Origin: Felis catus
Lineage: Eukaryota
Direction: 5' to 3'
Assembly: GCF_018350175.1 (NCBI RefSeq)
Contig: NC_058368.1
Span: 49,168,001-49,232,000 of the forward strand
Length of the DNA: 64,000 nucleotides
Below are positions 51,600-64,000 of the stretch, piece by piece. Position numbers and translations under genes: made by a program. The notes under the pieces are model-generated. The model made no database searches and was not told the origin of the DNA. It worked only from the letters and a program-made list of their open reading frames with translations. How positions within the stretch are numbered: the first letter of the stretch is position 1; each line of letters begins with the position of its first letter.

Positions 51600-51750
51600 C
51601 CCGACCACTTGCATGACTTTGAGCCTGTGAGTTAAATTTTCCAAGCCCAGAATTTCTTATCCGTAAACTGGGAATGAAAGTATCTATTTCATAGAGATGT
51701 TGGGATAATTTAATATTGTATTTAAACTACATAACACAGCACTTGACCTC
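51600..51750 (+). mobile_element. MIR fragment
   Basis: TTTCTTATCCGTAAACTGGGAATG...TTCATAGAGATGTTGGGATAATT. Confidence 0.6.
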
Positions 51751-53149
51751 TTCACTAAAAAACAATGTTATTTTTAAGTTCATGTTAATTGAACAAACTT
51801 TTATTGACTATCTAATCTCTGCCAGCCACTAAGAGGATACAAAGATCAATAAAAGATAAAATATGATGATGATGATAAAGACAGAATATGAAGAGGAAGA
51901 TGAAGGAAAGAGACAATATAATCTAATAGGAAAGCCAACTTACATAAATGTTATAAAATGAAGCTGAATATAACATATCTTCAGACTATTTATCACTATG
52001 CCTAACATTTAGTGTGAGATAAATATTTTGGATACATGCATGTAATCATTGAATGAATGAATGAATGAAGGGGCTTCAGTTTTGTCACTGCCCTGCCACC
52101 AAAAAATGATTTATTACAGATCCCCCATTAATGCCGCTTGGCCATCAAAAACAAAAAAAATACATGTGATTATTAAATTTCTTATAGAGATGTTTTAAAT
52201 TAAAACTTCCACATTATATGCACATCTCTAAAACAATGATTAAAATAGAATCACAACTCTTTTTGTTTTGAACAGATGATTTTCTTTTAATCAAAATGTT
52301 ATATGGAGGAAATAACTGCTATTAAACTTCTCTTCTTACTCAGTAACCAGAGAGCAAAGGCTTGAAGCTGCATACCAGTTAAAGAAGCTTAAGGTCATAT
52401 ATTAATAACCCAACAGTTTCTTCAAATAAATTGAAAATTAATTTAAATATTTTTTATAGATAACTCACTTATAAATCAACATACAAGCCTATTATAACTA
52501 TATTACTAGTTCTTTTCACATAAATATCAAAGGACCATCTTCAAACATGTTCATTTTTTATCTTCTCTCTCTTTCACCACTTCTTTTCTATTTCAAAGTC
52601 AATAGAAAATCTCCTTAAACCGGTCTCATATTATGGAGAAAGTAGAAACGGGTTTCAGATTTACTTTTTGATGCAGTAAATTATGTTTTATCATTCAGAG
52701 GATGCAACCTATAAGGTGACACATTGTAGCCAGATAGAGAAGTGACATTTTTCAATTGCTATTGGCTATAGTTCTGTTTTTATTAACCCTCTTGCTGGTA
52801 AATCTAAATGCAAGCTCTATGGAATCAGATGTGAAATAATAACTTTCTTTAGTGCCATTCAGGCAATGGAGAATGATTTTCCATTTGTGGAAATATCATC
52901 TAGGAAATAACCTGCAATGGCAATTTGTCAAGAAAAGAAATCCATCACCAAACTTGATAACGCCAGTAAAGAGTGAGGTATGTATGTAGTTTCACAGTTA
53001 CCATTTGACCCTAGGTGTCCCCAGGATTATCAATCTTCCTACACTTCTCCCACGCCTCCTACATTCTCTCAGCCTCCTCTCACCCTTCACCGAAGGGGCT
53101 GCCAGCTGTGTTTCTTTATTCAGCATGTGCAGTGCATGCACAAGCTTTC

Positions 53150-53275
53150 AAAGCGCTGTCCCAAATATTTTCTCATTCAATATGATAATCCTGTGAAACC
53201 GACAAGGTACAATCATTATCTCTGTTCTATAAAAGAGGAAACTGAAGCCATGACTAAGTGACATATGCCAGTCCA
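53150..53275 (-). mobile_element. MIR fragment
   Basis: TCTCATTCAAT...AATCCTGTGA...AAGAGGAAACTGAAGC. Confidence 0.6.
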
Positions 53276-53487
53276 TGCATCCAGAAAGAGGCAAATGTGT
53301 GGATAACCCTGCTTTCTGGATCACTGCTCTTTCAAATCGACTGATGCTCAATGGGGAATTAGGGGAAAAAATGAAAGGAGTCCTAAAAGCCAAGAAGCCT
53401 TGGGCCCATGAATACTGTTTCACCCTTCTTATTACCTAAGTCATTATATGCTTGTTTTTGAGCAATTCATCAATTTATTTCAGAAAG

Positions 53488-54272
53488 CATTTCAGTTACC
53501 CATTGCCACAATGAGGATGCGTAACAAACCTTCCCCAAACTCAGTGGCTTAAAACAGTAAGCACTGATTACTGCTCATGAGTTTCTGAATCAGCTGGGTG
53601 GCTCTTCTGGTCTCAGCTGGGCCTACTAGTACATCTACAAAATGCTGTGGAGTGGGTAGATGGCTTTGATAAGGATACCAGACCCCCCTTCTATGTTTGG
53701 ATGCTGACTGGACATAGGCTGGTTTAGGATAGTATCAGCTGGGACAACTAGATTCTTCTCTATGTGGCCTTTCAGCATCCAGCAGAGTAGTCAATCTTTT
53801 CTTAAAATTTTTTAAATGTTTTACTTATTTTTGAGACGGAGAGAGACAGAGCATGAGCAGGGGAGGGGCAGAAAGAGAGGGAGACACAGAATCCGAAGCA
53901 GGCTCCAGGCTCTGAGCTGTCTGCACAGAGCCCGATGTGGGGCTCGAACTCACAAACCGTGAGATCATGACCTGAATCGAAGTTGGACGCCCAAATGACT
54001 GAGCCACCCAGGCGCCCCAGTAGTCAATCTTATCGACAAACTGATGACAGGACCCAAGGAAGTGAGCAGAGATACAGAAGGCCTCTATAGGCCAAGGCTC
54101 AGAAACAAAACTTTTGCTTTCGTCACACCCATTAGGCAAAGCAGATGAAAAAAGCAGCCCAGTTTCAAAAGGTATAAACATAGACTCTACCCCTTAACAG
54201 GAAGAGCTATAAAGTTATATAGCAAGAAGCATGGCTTCAGGGCAGGGGCCACTTTGCAACCAATCAAATACA
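53488..54272 (-). mobile_element. MaLR solo LTR (MLT1G/H-like), split by a SINE
   Basis: GCGTAACAAACCTTCCCCAAACTCAGTGGCTTAAAACAGTAAGC...GGCCAAGGCTCAGAA...CATTAGGCAAAGCA...TTTGCAACCAATC. Confidence 0.8.
53799..54018 (-). mobile_element. CAN-SINE, intermediate feline subfamily
   Basis: Complete reverse copy; perfect TSD AGTAGTCAATCTT at 53786-53798 and 54019-54031. Confidence 0.96.
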
Positions 54273-55210
54273 GAAACAACACCTCATTATATCCAGTGTA
54301 CCAAGGGTTTGGGGAGTACAAAGATGACTTTTACTGTCATTAACAGGTAGGAGTTTATAGTCTGGCAATAGAGTCAAACATATCAGAAGATCAATACAGA
54401 GAAATACAAGTATAACAGGCATAAATTTTTTTAAAAAAAAACCTTGACCTCCAAAGCTGTAACCAAATTTATGTCTTCAGTCCTATTTTAATCTATAGCC
54501 AGATTTAATCAGTTCTAGGTAGCAGTTGTGATTTTCCTAAATTCAGTGTCTTCTCAGTGAGGTGTGAGGTTCTCTCTCTCCCCCTTCTCTTGGCATCAGG
54601 AGCCCAGACCTTGTCCTTAATGGTCTCTCATTGGTATCTCTGCAGATTGTATATCCCCGTGGTCCTCATTCTAAATGCATAGAGCCTCCTTCATTCCCTT
54701 AGGAGTTAGCGCCTAAACTCACTCAAATATGCATGACTATGTTACAAATGTCACAGTATACAACTTAGTGACCTGGCGATTAAAGAGATAATTTAAAAAA
54801 GATAGAGTAAATTTTATTTTGCACCAACATTTAGTAAATAAATATTCATGGTTATGATAATTTTGTTATAAGCACTATTTCAGAGTGAAGAACATATTTA
54901 TATTTTACAAAGCCTAAACAAAATTGGATATGAAAAGAGAACTGAGCTGGGAGTTGAAAGAACATGAATTCTAGCTCATATTCTGTCATGTGGCTCGGGC
55001 AGAGGTGTTTTGTTTTTTTGTTTTTTGGGTTTTTTTTTGCTTCTCCGGCTTCAATTTCCTCATTTCTTGATTGAGAGACTTAGACTGGAGGTATATTTCA
55101 ACTCCTCTCAGCATTGAAATCCCATAGTTCTTAAGAAATTTAAAAGAGCCATTTGTGGAATTAAGGAAAAAAGAAAGAGAAGGAGAGAATCAAAATAAAA
55201 ATGTAATAAG

Positions 55211-55428
55211 GGGCGCCTGGGTGGCGCAGTGGGTTAAGCGTCCGACTTCAGCCAGGTCACGATCCCGCGGTCCGTGAGTTCGAGCCCCGCGTCAGGCTCT
55301 GGGCTGATGGCTCAGAGCCTGGAGCCTGTTTCCGATTCTGTGTCTCCCTCTCTCTCTGCCCCTCCCCCGTTCATGCTCTGTCTCTCTCTGTCCCAAAAAT
55401 AAATAAACGTTGAAAAAAAAAATTTAAA
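55211..55428 (+). mobile_element. Young feline CAN-SINE
   Basis: Complete, CpG-rich; TSD AAAAATGTAATAAG at 55197-55210 and 55429-55442. Confidence 0.97.
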
Positions 55429-55946
55429 AAAAATGTAATAAGATCACAGATTATGGGACATCAGGAGGATGATTTATTAACCTAGCTGAGCTGATTGAAT
55501 AATACATATTTTAATATGACTTAGGGATATTTCTTATGAAAAAAAATTAAGTCAGAATGTTCTACACTCCATGACAGTAAAAATATTTGCAAAAGCAAAG
55601 CAACATAGCTCATTGTAATTGTCTTACTTAATGATGTCCATCTCTGCTTTTCTCCTCAATGTTAATAGTCAACAACTAAAATGTAGAAGGAAAGTAAGAC
55701 ACTTCTAAATTCCCTAATAAGAAGCATAAATGCCAACACACTCAAAGTTGAAATATTATTTTATAATATAGTTAGTCATATGTCATTCCTAATAGAGTTA
55801 TACTTATTGAAATGATCTATTTACTAATTAAATAACTTATTTCAATACTGATAACTGCTACTTATTGACTATATGATTGTTTTCTCCATCTTAGTATTAT
55901 ACATGTATTTTGAGAATATCTGGTAACCATAATTAACAATGATGCA

Positions 55947-56833
55947 GGGGCTTGAAGATGGTGGCGTAGGAGGACACTGGGCTCACCGCATCCTGCTGAT
56001 CACTTAGATTCCACCTACACCTGCCTAAATAACCCAGAAAACCGCCAGAAGACTAGCAGAATGGATTCTCCGGAGCCAAGCATAGATGAGAGGCCCACAG
56101 AAGAGGGCAGGAAGGGTGGAGAGGCAGTGCGCGCTACATGGACTGGTGGGAGGGAGCCAGGGCAGAGGGGCAGCCCGCCCGCCAAGCAGAGCTCCTGAGT
56201 CTGGCTTGCAAAAGCACAGGGGCCAGACGGAGTGTGTTCAGACAGCAAGCAGGACTTGACGTCTGGAAAGTTATAAGCTAACAGCTCTGCTCGAGAGCGG
56301 GAGGACTGGAGGACAAAGGGAGGGAGAGTTGTTGAGCCCTGGACAACAAGGCGCAGCTTGGTGGGGAACAAAGGCGCTCACCAGCGCCATCTCCCTCCCC
56401 CATCACCCAGCCAGTTTGCTTGCACCGCCCAAACACCCAGCGCTGTGCTTCTGCAGATCCATCCCTCTGGTGGGTCTGACTCCCTTCTGGTGCCACTGGG
56501 CCCCTCTCAAAGCATATCTCCAAAGGAGAAGCGAGCTGAGCCTGCCCCTCCTGCCCCTGTGCACCTTGCTGATCCACCCCAGCTAATACGCCAGATCCCC
56601 AGTACCACAAGCCTGGCAGTGTGCAAGTAGCCCAGACAGGGCACGCCACCCCACAGTGAATCCCGCTCTTAGGAGAGGGGAAGAGAAGGTACACACCAGT
56701 CTGACTATGGCCCCAGCAGTGGGCTGGGGGCAAACATCAGGTCTGACTGCGGCCCCGCCCACCAACTCCAGTTATACACCACAGCACAGGGGAAGTGCCC
56801 TGCAGGTCCGCACCACTCCAGGGACTATCCAAA
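55947..56833 (+). promoter_or_regulatory. L1 5'UTR internal promoter
   Basis: Starts GGGGCTTGAAGATGGTGGCG (YY1-like AAGATGG core at 55955-55961, the position typical of L1 5' ends); most GC-rich segment of the window. Confidence 0.7.
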
Positions 56834-57730
56834 ATGACGAAACGGAAGAATTCCCCTCAAAAGAATCTCCAGGAAATAATGACAGCTAACGAACTGATCA
56901 AAAAGGATTTAAACAATATAACAGAAAGTGAATTTAGAATAATAGTCATAAAATTAATCGCTGGGCTTGAAAACAGTATACAGGACAGCAGAGAATCTAT
57001 TGCTACAGAGATCAAGGGACTAAGGAACAGCCAAGAGGTGCTAAAAAATGCTATTAATGAGCTGCAAAATAAAATGGAGATGACCACAGCTTGGATTGAA
57101 GAGGCAGAGGAGAGAATAGGTGAACTAGAAGATAAAATTATGGAAAAAGAAGAAGCTGATAAAAAGAGAGATAAAAAAATCCAGGAGTATGAGGGGAAAA
57201 TTAGAGAACTAAGTGATGCACTAAAGAGAAATAATCTACGCATAATTAATATTCCAGAGGAGGAAGAGAGAGGGAAAGGTGCTGAAGGTGTACTTGAAGA
57301 AATAATAGCTGAGAACTTCCCTGATATGGGGAAGGAAAAAGGCATTGAAATCCAAGAGGCACAGAGAACTGCCTTCAGACATAACTTGAATCGATCTTCT
57401 GCATGACATATCATAGTGAAACTGGCAAAATACAAGGATAAAGAGATAATTCTGAAAGCAGCTAGGGATAAACAGGCTCTAACACATAAAGGGAGACCGA
57501 TAAGACTAGTGACGGATCTCTCTACTGAAACTTGGCAGGCCAGAAAGGAATGGCAGGAAATCTTCAATGTGATGAACAGAAAAAAAAATATGCAGCCGAG
57601 AATCCCCTATCCAGCAAATCTGTCATTTAGAATAGAAGGAGAGATAAAGGTCTTCCCAAACAAAGAAAAACTGAAGGAATTCATCACCACTAAACAAGCC
57701 TTACAAGAGATCCTAAGGGGGATCCTGTGA
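56834..57730 (+). pseudogene. L1 ORF1p (coiled coil, RRM, CTD) with one premature stop
   Basis: MTKRKNSPQK...KRNNLRII..IPEEEER...IIAENFP...; TGA at 57404-57406 (probable CGA>TGA); same frame continues HIIVKLAK...PIRLVTDLS...QARKEW...YPANLSF to TGA ending at 57730. Confidence 0.95.
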
Positions 57731-57780
57731 GACAAAGTACCAGAGACATTGCTACAAGCATGAAACCTACGGACATCACA

Positions 57781-60700
57781 ATGACTCTAAACCCATATCT
57801 TTCTATAATAACACTGAATGTAAATGGACAAAATATGCCAACCAAAAGACATAGGGTATCAGAATGGATAAAAAAACAAGACCCATCTATTTGCTGTCTA
57901 CAAGAGACTCATCTTAGACATGAGGACACTTTCAGATTGAAAGTGAGGGGATGGAGAACTATTTATCATGCTACTGAAAGTCAAAAGAAAGCTGGAGTAG
58001 CCATACTTATATCAGACAAACTAGACTTTAACTTAAAGGCTGTAACAAGAGATGAAGAAGGGCATTATATAATAATTACAGGGTCTATCCATCAAGAAGA
58101 ACTAACAATTATAAATGTCTATGTGCCGAATACAGGAGCCCCCAAATATATAAAACAATTACTCACAAACATAAGCAAACTTATTGACAAGAATGTGGTA
58201 ATTGCAGAGGACTTTAACACTCCACTTACAGAAATGGATAGATCATCTAGACACACGGTCAATAAAGAAACAAGGGCCCTGAATGATACGTTGGATCAGA
58301 TGGACTTGACAGATAAATGTAGAACTCTGCATCCCAAAGCAACAGAATATACTTTCTTCTCAAGTGCACATGGAACTTTCTCCAAGATAGATCACATACT
58401 GGGTCACAAAACAGCCCTTCATAAGTATACAAGAATTGAGATCATACCATGCATACTTTCAGACCACAATGCTATGAAGCTTGAAATCAACCACAGGAAA
58501 AAGTCTGGAAAACCTCCAAAAGCATGGAGGTTAAAGTACACCCTACTAAAGAATGAGTGCGTCAACCAGGCAATTAGAGAAGAAATTAAAAAAAAAAAAG
58601 GGAAACAAACGAAAATGAAAATACAACAATCCAAACGCTTTGGGATGCAGCGAAGGCAGTCCTGAGAGGAAAATACATTGCAATCCAGGCCTATCGCCAG
58701 AAACAAGAATAATCCCGAATACAAAATCTAACAGCACACCTAAAGGAAATAGAACCAGAGCAGCAAAGACACCCCAAACCCAGCAGAAGAAGAGAAATAA
58801 TAAACATCAGAGCAGAAATAAACAATATAGAATCTAAAAAAACTGTAGAGCAGATCAATGAAACCAAGAGTTGGTTTTTTGAAAAAATAAACAAAATTGA
58901 TAAACCCCTAGCCAGACTTCTCAAAAAGAAAAGGGAGATGACCCAAATAGATAAAATCATGAACGAAAATGGAATTATTACAACCAATCCCTCAGAAATA
59001 CAAGCAACTATCAGGGAATACTATGAAAAATTATATGCCAACAAACCGGACAACCTGGAAGAAATGGACAAATTCCTAAACACCCACATACTTCCAAAAC
59101 TCAAACATGAGGAAATAGGAAGATTGAATAGACCCATAACCAGCGAAGAAATTGAATCGGTTATCAAAAATCTCCCAACAAATAAGAGTCCAGGACCAGA
59201 TGGCTTCCCTGGGGAATTCTACCAGACATTTAAAGCAGAGATAATACCTATCCTTCTCAAGCTATTCCAAGAAATAGAAAGGGAAGGAAAACTTCCAGAC
59301 TCATTCTATGAAGCCAGTATTACTTTGATTCCTAAACCAGACAGAGACCCAGTAAAAAAAGAGAACTACAGGCCAATATCCCTGATGAATATGGATGCAA
59401 AAATTCTCAATAAGATACTAGCAAATCGAATTCAACGGCATATAAAAAGAATTATTCACCATGATCAAGTGGGATTCATTCCTGGGATGCAGGGCTGGTT
59501 CAACATTCGCAAATCAATCAATGTGATACATCACATTAACAAAAAAAAAGAGAAGAACCATATGATCCTGTCAATCGATGCAGAAAAGGCCTTTGACAAA
59601 ATCCAGCACCCTTTCTTAATAAAAACCCTTGAGAAAGTCGGGATAGAAGGAACATACTTAAAGATCATAAAAGCCATTTATGAAAAGCCCACAGCTAACA
59701 TCATCCTCAACGGGGAAAAACTGAGAGCTTTCTCCCTGAGATCAGGAACACGACAAGGATCCCACTCTCACCGCTGCTGTTTAACATAGTGCTGGAAGTT
59801 CTAGCATCAGCAATGAGACAACAAAAGGAAATCAAAGGCATCAAAATTGGCAAAGATGAAGTCAAGCTTTCGCTTTTTGCAGATGACATGATATTATACA
59901 TGGAAAATCCGATAGACTCCACCAAAAGTCTGCTGGAACTGATACAGGAATTCAGCAAAGTTGCAGGATACAAAAATCAATGTACAGAAATCAGTTGCAT
60001 TCTTACACACTAACAATGAAGCAACAGAAAGACAAATAAAGAAACTGATCCCATTCACAATTGCACCAAGAAGCATAAAATACCTAGGAATAAATCTAAC
60101 CAAAGATGTAAAGGATCTGTATGCTGAAAACTATAGAAAGCTTGTGAAGGAAATTGAAGAAGATTTAAAGAAATGGAAAGACATTCCCTGCTCATGGATT
60201 GGAAAAATAAATATTGTCAAAATGTCAATACTACCCAAAGCTATCTACACACTCAATGCAATCCCAAGCAAAACTGCACCAGCATTCTTCTCGAAACTAG
60301 AACAAGCAATCCTAAAATTCATATGGAACCACAAAAGGCCCCGAATAGCCAAAGTAATTTTGAAGAAGACCAAAGCAGGAGGCATCACAATCCCAGACTT
60401 TAGCCTCTACTACAAAGCTGTCATCATCAAGACAGCATGGTATTGGCACAAAAACAGACACATAGACCAATGGAATAGAATAGAAACCCCAGAACTAGAC
60501 CCACAAACGTATGGCCAACTCATCTTTGACAAAGCAGGAAAGAACATCCAATGGAAAAAAGACAGCCTCTTTAACAAATGGTGCTGGGAGAACTGGACAG
60601 CAACATGCAGAAGAATGAAACTAGACCACTTTCTTACACCTTTCACAAAAATAAACTCAAAATGGATAAAGGACCTAAATGTGAGACAGGAAACTATCAA

Positions 60701-61600
60701 AACCCTAGAGGACAAAGCAGGAAAAGACCTCTCTGACCTCAGCCGCAGCAATTTCTTACTTGACACATCCCCAAAGGCAAGGGAATTAAAAGCAAAAATG
60801 AACTATTGGGACCTCATGAAGATAAAAAGCTTCTGCACAGCAAAGGAAACGATCAACAAAATAAAAGGCAACCAACGGAATGGGAAAAGATATTTGCAAA
60901 TGACATATTGGACAAAGGGCTAGTATACAAAATCTATAAAGAGCTCACCAAACTCCACACCCAAAAAACAAATAATCCAGTGAAGAAATGGGCAGAAAAC
61001 ATGAATAGATACTTCTCTAAAGAAGACATCTAGATGGCCAACAGGCACATGAAAAGATGCTCAACGTCGCTCCTCATCAGGGAAATACAAATCAAAACCA
61101 CACTCAGATATCACCTCACGCCAGTCAGAGTGGCCAAAATGAACAAATCAGGAGACTCTAGATGCTGGACAGGATGTGGAAAAACGGGAACCCTCTCGCA
61201 CTGTTGGTGGGAATGCAAACTGGTGCAGCCACTCTGGAAAACAGTGTGGAGGTTCCTCAAAAAATTAATAGACCTAACCTATGACCCAGCAGTAGCACTG
61301 ATAGGAACATACCCAAGGGATACAGGAGTACTGATGCATAGGGGCACTTGTACCCCAATGTTTATAGCAGCACTGTCAACAATAGCCAAATTGTGGAAAA
61401 AGCCTAAATGTCCATCAACTGATGAATGGATAAAGAAATTGTGGTTTATATACACAATGGAGTACTATGTGGCAATGAGAAAGAATGAAATATGACCCTT
61501 TGTAGCAATGTGGATGGAACTGGAGAGTGTGATGCTAAGTGAAATAAGCCATACAGAGAAAGACAGATACCATATGGTTTCACTTTTATGTGGCTCCTGA
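57781..61600 (+). pseudogene. L1 ORF2p (endonuclease, reverse transcriptase, Cys-rich domain), multiply disrupted
   Basis: EN motifs TLNVNG, CCLQETH, SDH; RT motifs PGPDGF, YRPISL, DAEKAFD, LFADDMI; C-terminal [18 protein letters not shown]. Frameshifts near 58595, 59760, 59973 and 60865; stops near 58710, at 61031 and 61493. Confidence 0.97.
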
Positions 61601-61830
61601 GAAACTTAACAGAAACCAATGGGGGAGGGGAAGGAAAAAAAAAAGAGGTTAGAGTGGGAGAGAGCCAAAGCATAAGAGACTGTTAAAAACTGAGAACAAA
61701 CTGAGGGTTGATGGGGGGTGGGAGGGCGGGGAGGGTGTGTGATGGGTATTGAGGAGGGCACCTTTTGGGATGAGCACTGGGTGTTTTATGGAAACAATTT
61801 GCCAATAAATTTCATATATTAAAAAAAATG

Positions 61831-62046
61831 GGGGCGCCTGGGTGGCGCAGTCGGTTAAGCGTCCGACTTCAGCCAGGTCACGATCTCGCGGTCCGTGAGT
61901 TCGAGCCCCGCGTTGGGCTCTGGGCTGATGGCTCAGAGCCTGGAGCCTGTTTCCGATTCTGTGTCTCCCTCTCTCTCTGCCCCTCCCCCGTTCATGCTCT
62001 GTCTCTCTCTGTCCCAAAAATAAATAAACGTTGAAAAAAAAAATTA
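61831..62046 (+). mobile_element. Young feline CAN-SINE inside the L1 A-rich tail
   Basis: Complete element; TSD AAAAAAAATG at 61821-61830 and 62047-62056. Confidence 0.96.
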
Positions 62047-64000
62047 AAAAAAAATGAATAAATGATAAAAAAATTTTAAAAATTAAAAAATAAAAAAACA
62101 ATGATGCAAATAAATTAGACTGTGATTAATGCTGATTGAATGTAATCATAAGCAAATAAAATTTCTAGCTAAACTTGGCAGAAAAGGCTTTGGGCAGAGG
62201 ACATCTAATATTATTGAAAGTGATGTGAGTTCTATGCTTATCTTGCTATACAACCTATAATCTCATACTGAAAAGCATTAACCTAGGTTTTTTTGTACCT
62301 TTAACCTCCGAAGTAGACTATTGCTCATGCTCCACCTGTCAATTGCTAAATCACACTATCCCATGCCTTTGAGATTGGCCACTTTCAAACATCTATGGTA
62401 CATTTATTTAGTTTGTTGTTGCCAGTATCAACCAATAAAAAATATACATATAAAAAAGGTCTAAAAGCTAATTTTCAAACATATTTTGTGCTGATAAGTT
62501 TTGTAAAGATACTAATTGTGTAGTCAAGGATGACGAAAGTCAAGTACCTTTTACTATTTCACACTTCAAGAAAGCTAGTAATGTAGCAAATTGCTGTTGG
62601 AGTCGGGATAAATATAACTTCCTTCTTTCCCCCACTCCTCCCCACCAACCCCATGCATTGGTCCCAATTTGGAAAGGGATTAGGTATCACCATGCCCTTG
62701 GCAGATATTCAATAAATGTTGGACAATGATGAATTAAATATTAACAATTAATGTTATAAACATTACTCCACCCCCCAAGAAAACACCAAAGTTATTTTGC
62801 TCTAATTTTATGAACCTATTTAGATAACCCTTCCATTTGTCTTTTTACTTTTCTCTCTCCTCCTTCTTACTCCCCCTCAGTCATTTAGGCTAGTCTGTAA
62901 TGGTCTCAGGTGTTTGTGTCTGTTGAAACCCTCAGCCACCCCAAGCCTGCTGTAGTGTGAACTGCAAATAGAAGTTTTTGAGTACCACAGGTGACATGGC
63001 TCTCCTAGTAAAACAGTACAGCATCCTCCAAAGTTTCCACTGAGAAAGGGCCTCAGCACTGGGAGGAAGTGGTCCACAAACAAAGCTGAATCTTTTCCTG
63101 GAAAAATGGGTGTTAGTCACACATATTTATTTCCTAAAAAATAAAATGAGGGGGAAATGGATTGGTGGCCCATCCTTCTGCATGTATCTGTTAGTATAGA
63201 AACTGCCCCTGCACAAAGGCATTTTTTTAAAGGTAATGTGCCTCTGAAGGGCCAGTTCAAATTCTCTGGGCTGTGAAAGTAAGCAGATTGCCTCTGTCTC
63301 TTGCTTCTCTCCAAAGGCCTAAAGCCATATGGTCTGATAAAAGTTAAAATGCTCTTAAGCAGAGATAGGTTAAAGAAGCCAGAGGAAATCAATATAATGA
63401 ATTACAATGCTACTATAAAATTCATGAGGTAAAAGAATATGCATTGGCATGGCAAACAGTTAAGGATACAAAAAATGTTGATTCGGTATTTTCATAAAAA
63501 CTCTAACAGACACACAGAGCTCATATTTCCTCTTATCTAAGGTTTGTGATCAACTTATTCTATATACTGATTATGAGTCATTCTAATTTCAGAAAATATT
63601 AAATTGAGGTTAAATATAACACCTTAGAATCAAGGTAATATACCTGGTATACAGTGCATGTCATATGGTCTATTGTTGGATGCTACATATTACATTGTAA
63701 TATATATAGTGTGGCAAATTGTCACTTTTACATATTAAATAATATGTATTATAATTGTGTCATGTATTTTGTTATATGTTATATAAATATATCTTACATT
63801 TTACATAAAGACTGGCATGAAATCATATTTGAGGGTTTCTTTATCGTTTTCAGTGTTTTTATGATTTTTCTGCCATCAGCAGGTATTACTCTTACAATTA
63901 GTAAGAAAAGTTTCAAGTTAAAAAAAAATGAATTCTTAGGCCATTAAATCAAACAGTTAACATGCTTGCCTTTTTCCTTCTTCTCCTTATTTTCTATTCT

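Larger units (their letters stand above)
55947..62096 (+). mobile_element. Full-length feline LINE-1 (L1_Fc-like), inactivated
   Basis: GC-rich 5'UTR, ORF1, ORF2, G-rich 3'UTR, AATAAA and A-rich tail; perfect TSD AACAATGATGCA at 55935-55946 and 62097-62108 with a TT/AACA endonuclease-type site. Confidence 0.98.

Noticed and set aside
56015..56765. Antisense ORFs in the L1 5'UTR as an ORF0 analogue
   Set aside because: Apparent non-ATG starts, GC-rich DNA gives long open frames by chance, and ORF0 is described for primate L1.
56857..57567. 236-aa antisense ORF
   Set aside because: Shadow frame of A-rich L1 ORF1; no independent support.
62835..62996. Strong polypyrimidine acceptor at 62880 with downstream CAG|GTGACA
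   Set aside because: All three frames contain stops and the donor is weak; no evidence of use.
1..64000. CRISPR array, prokaryotic system, mitochondrial insertion or non-retroviral viral insertion
   Set aside because: No regularly spaced repeat-spacer array, operon-like ORF cluster or recognisable mitochondrial/viral sequence seen; the only long ORFs belong to L1.

Overview
AT-rich mammalian genomic DNA from a carnivore, almost certainly a felid: it carries tRNA-derived CAN-SINEs of the feline type and a feline-type LINE-1. No intact host protein-coding exon, RNA gene, CpG-island promoter or CRISPR array could be supported, so the window looks intergenic or deep-intronic. Main contents: (1) a full-length but inactivated L1 (55947-62096) with a 12-bp target-site duplication (TSD) and a young SINE in its A-tail; (2) a processed RPS29 pseudogene (about 9350-9617) that the ORF track misses; (3) a fossil hAT/Blackjack-type DNA transposon whose transposase remnants and one terminus are readable across about 21760-26112 under several nested insertions; (4) twelve CAN-SINEs of about three age classes, including a closely spaced near-identical inverted pair; (5) truncated L1s, ERV/MaLR LTRs, MIR, L2, L3 and MER elements, and microsatellites. 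Repeat subfamily names are from my recollection of consensus sequences, not a database search, and boundaries of old repeats are approximate. I found no convincing evidence of a previously undescribed biological system.
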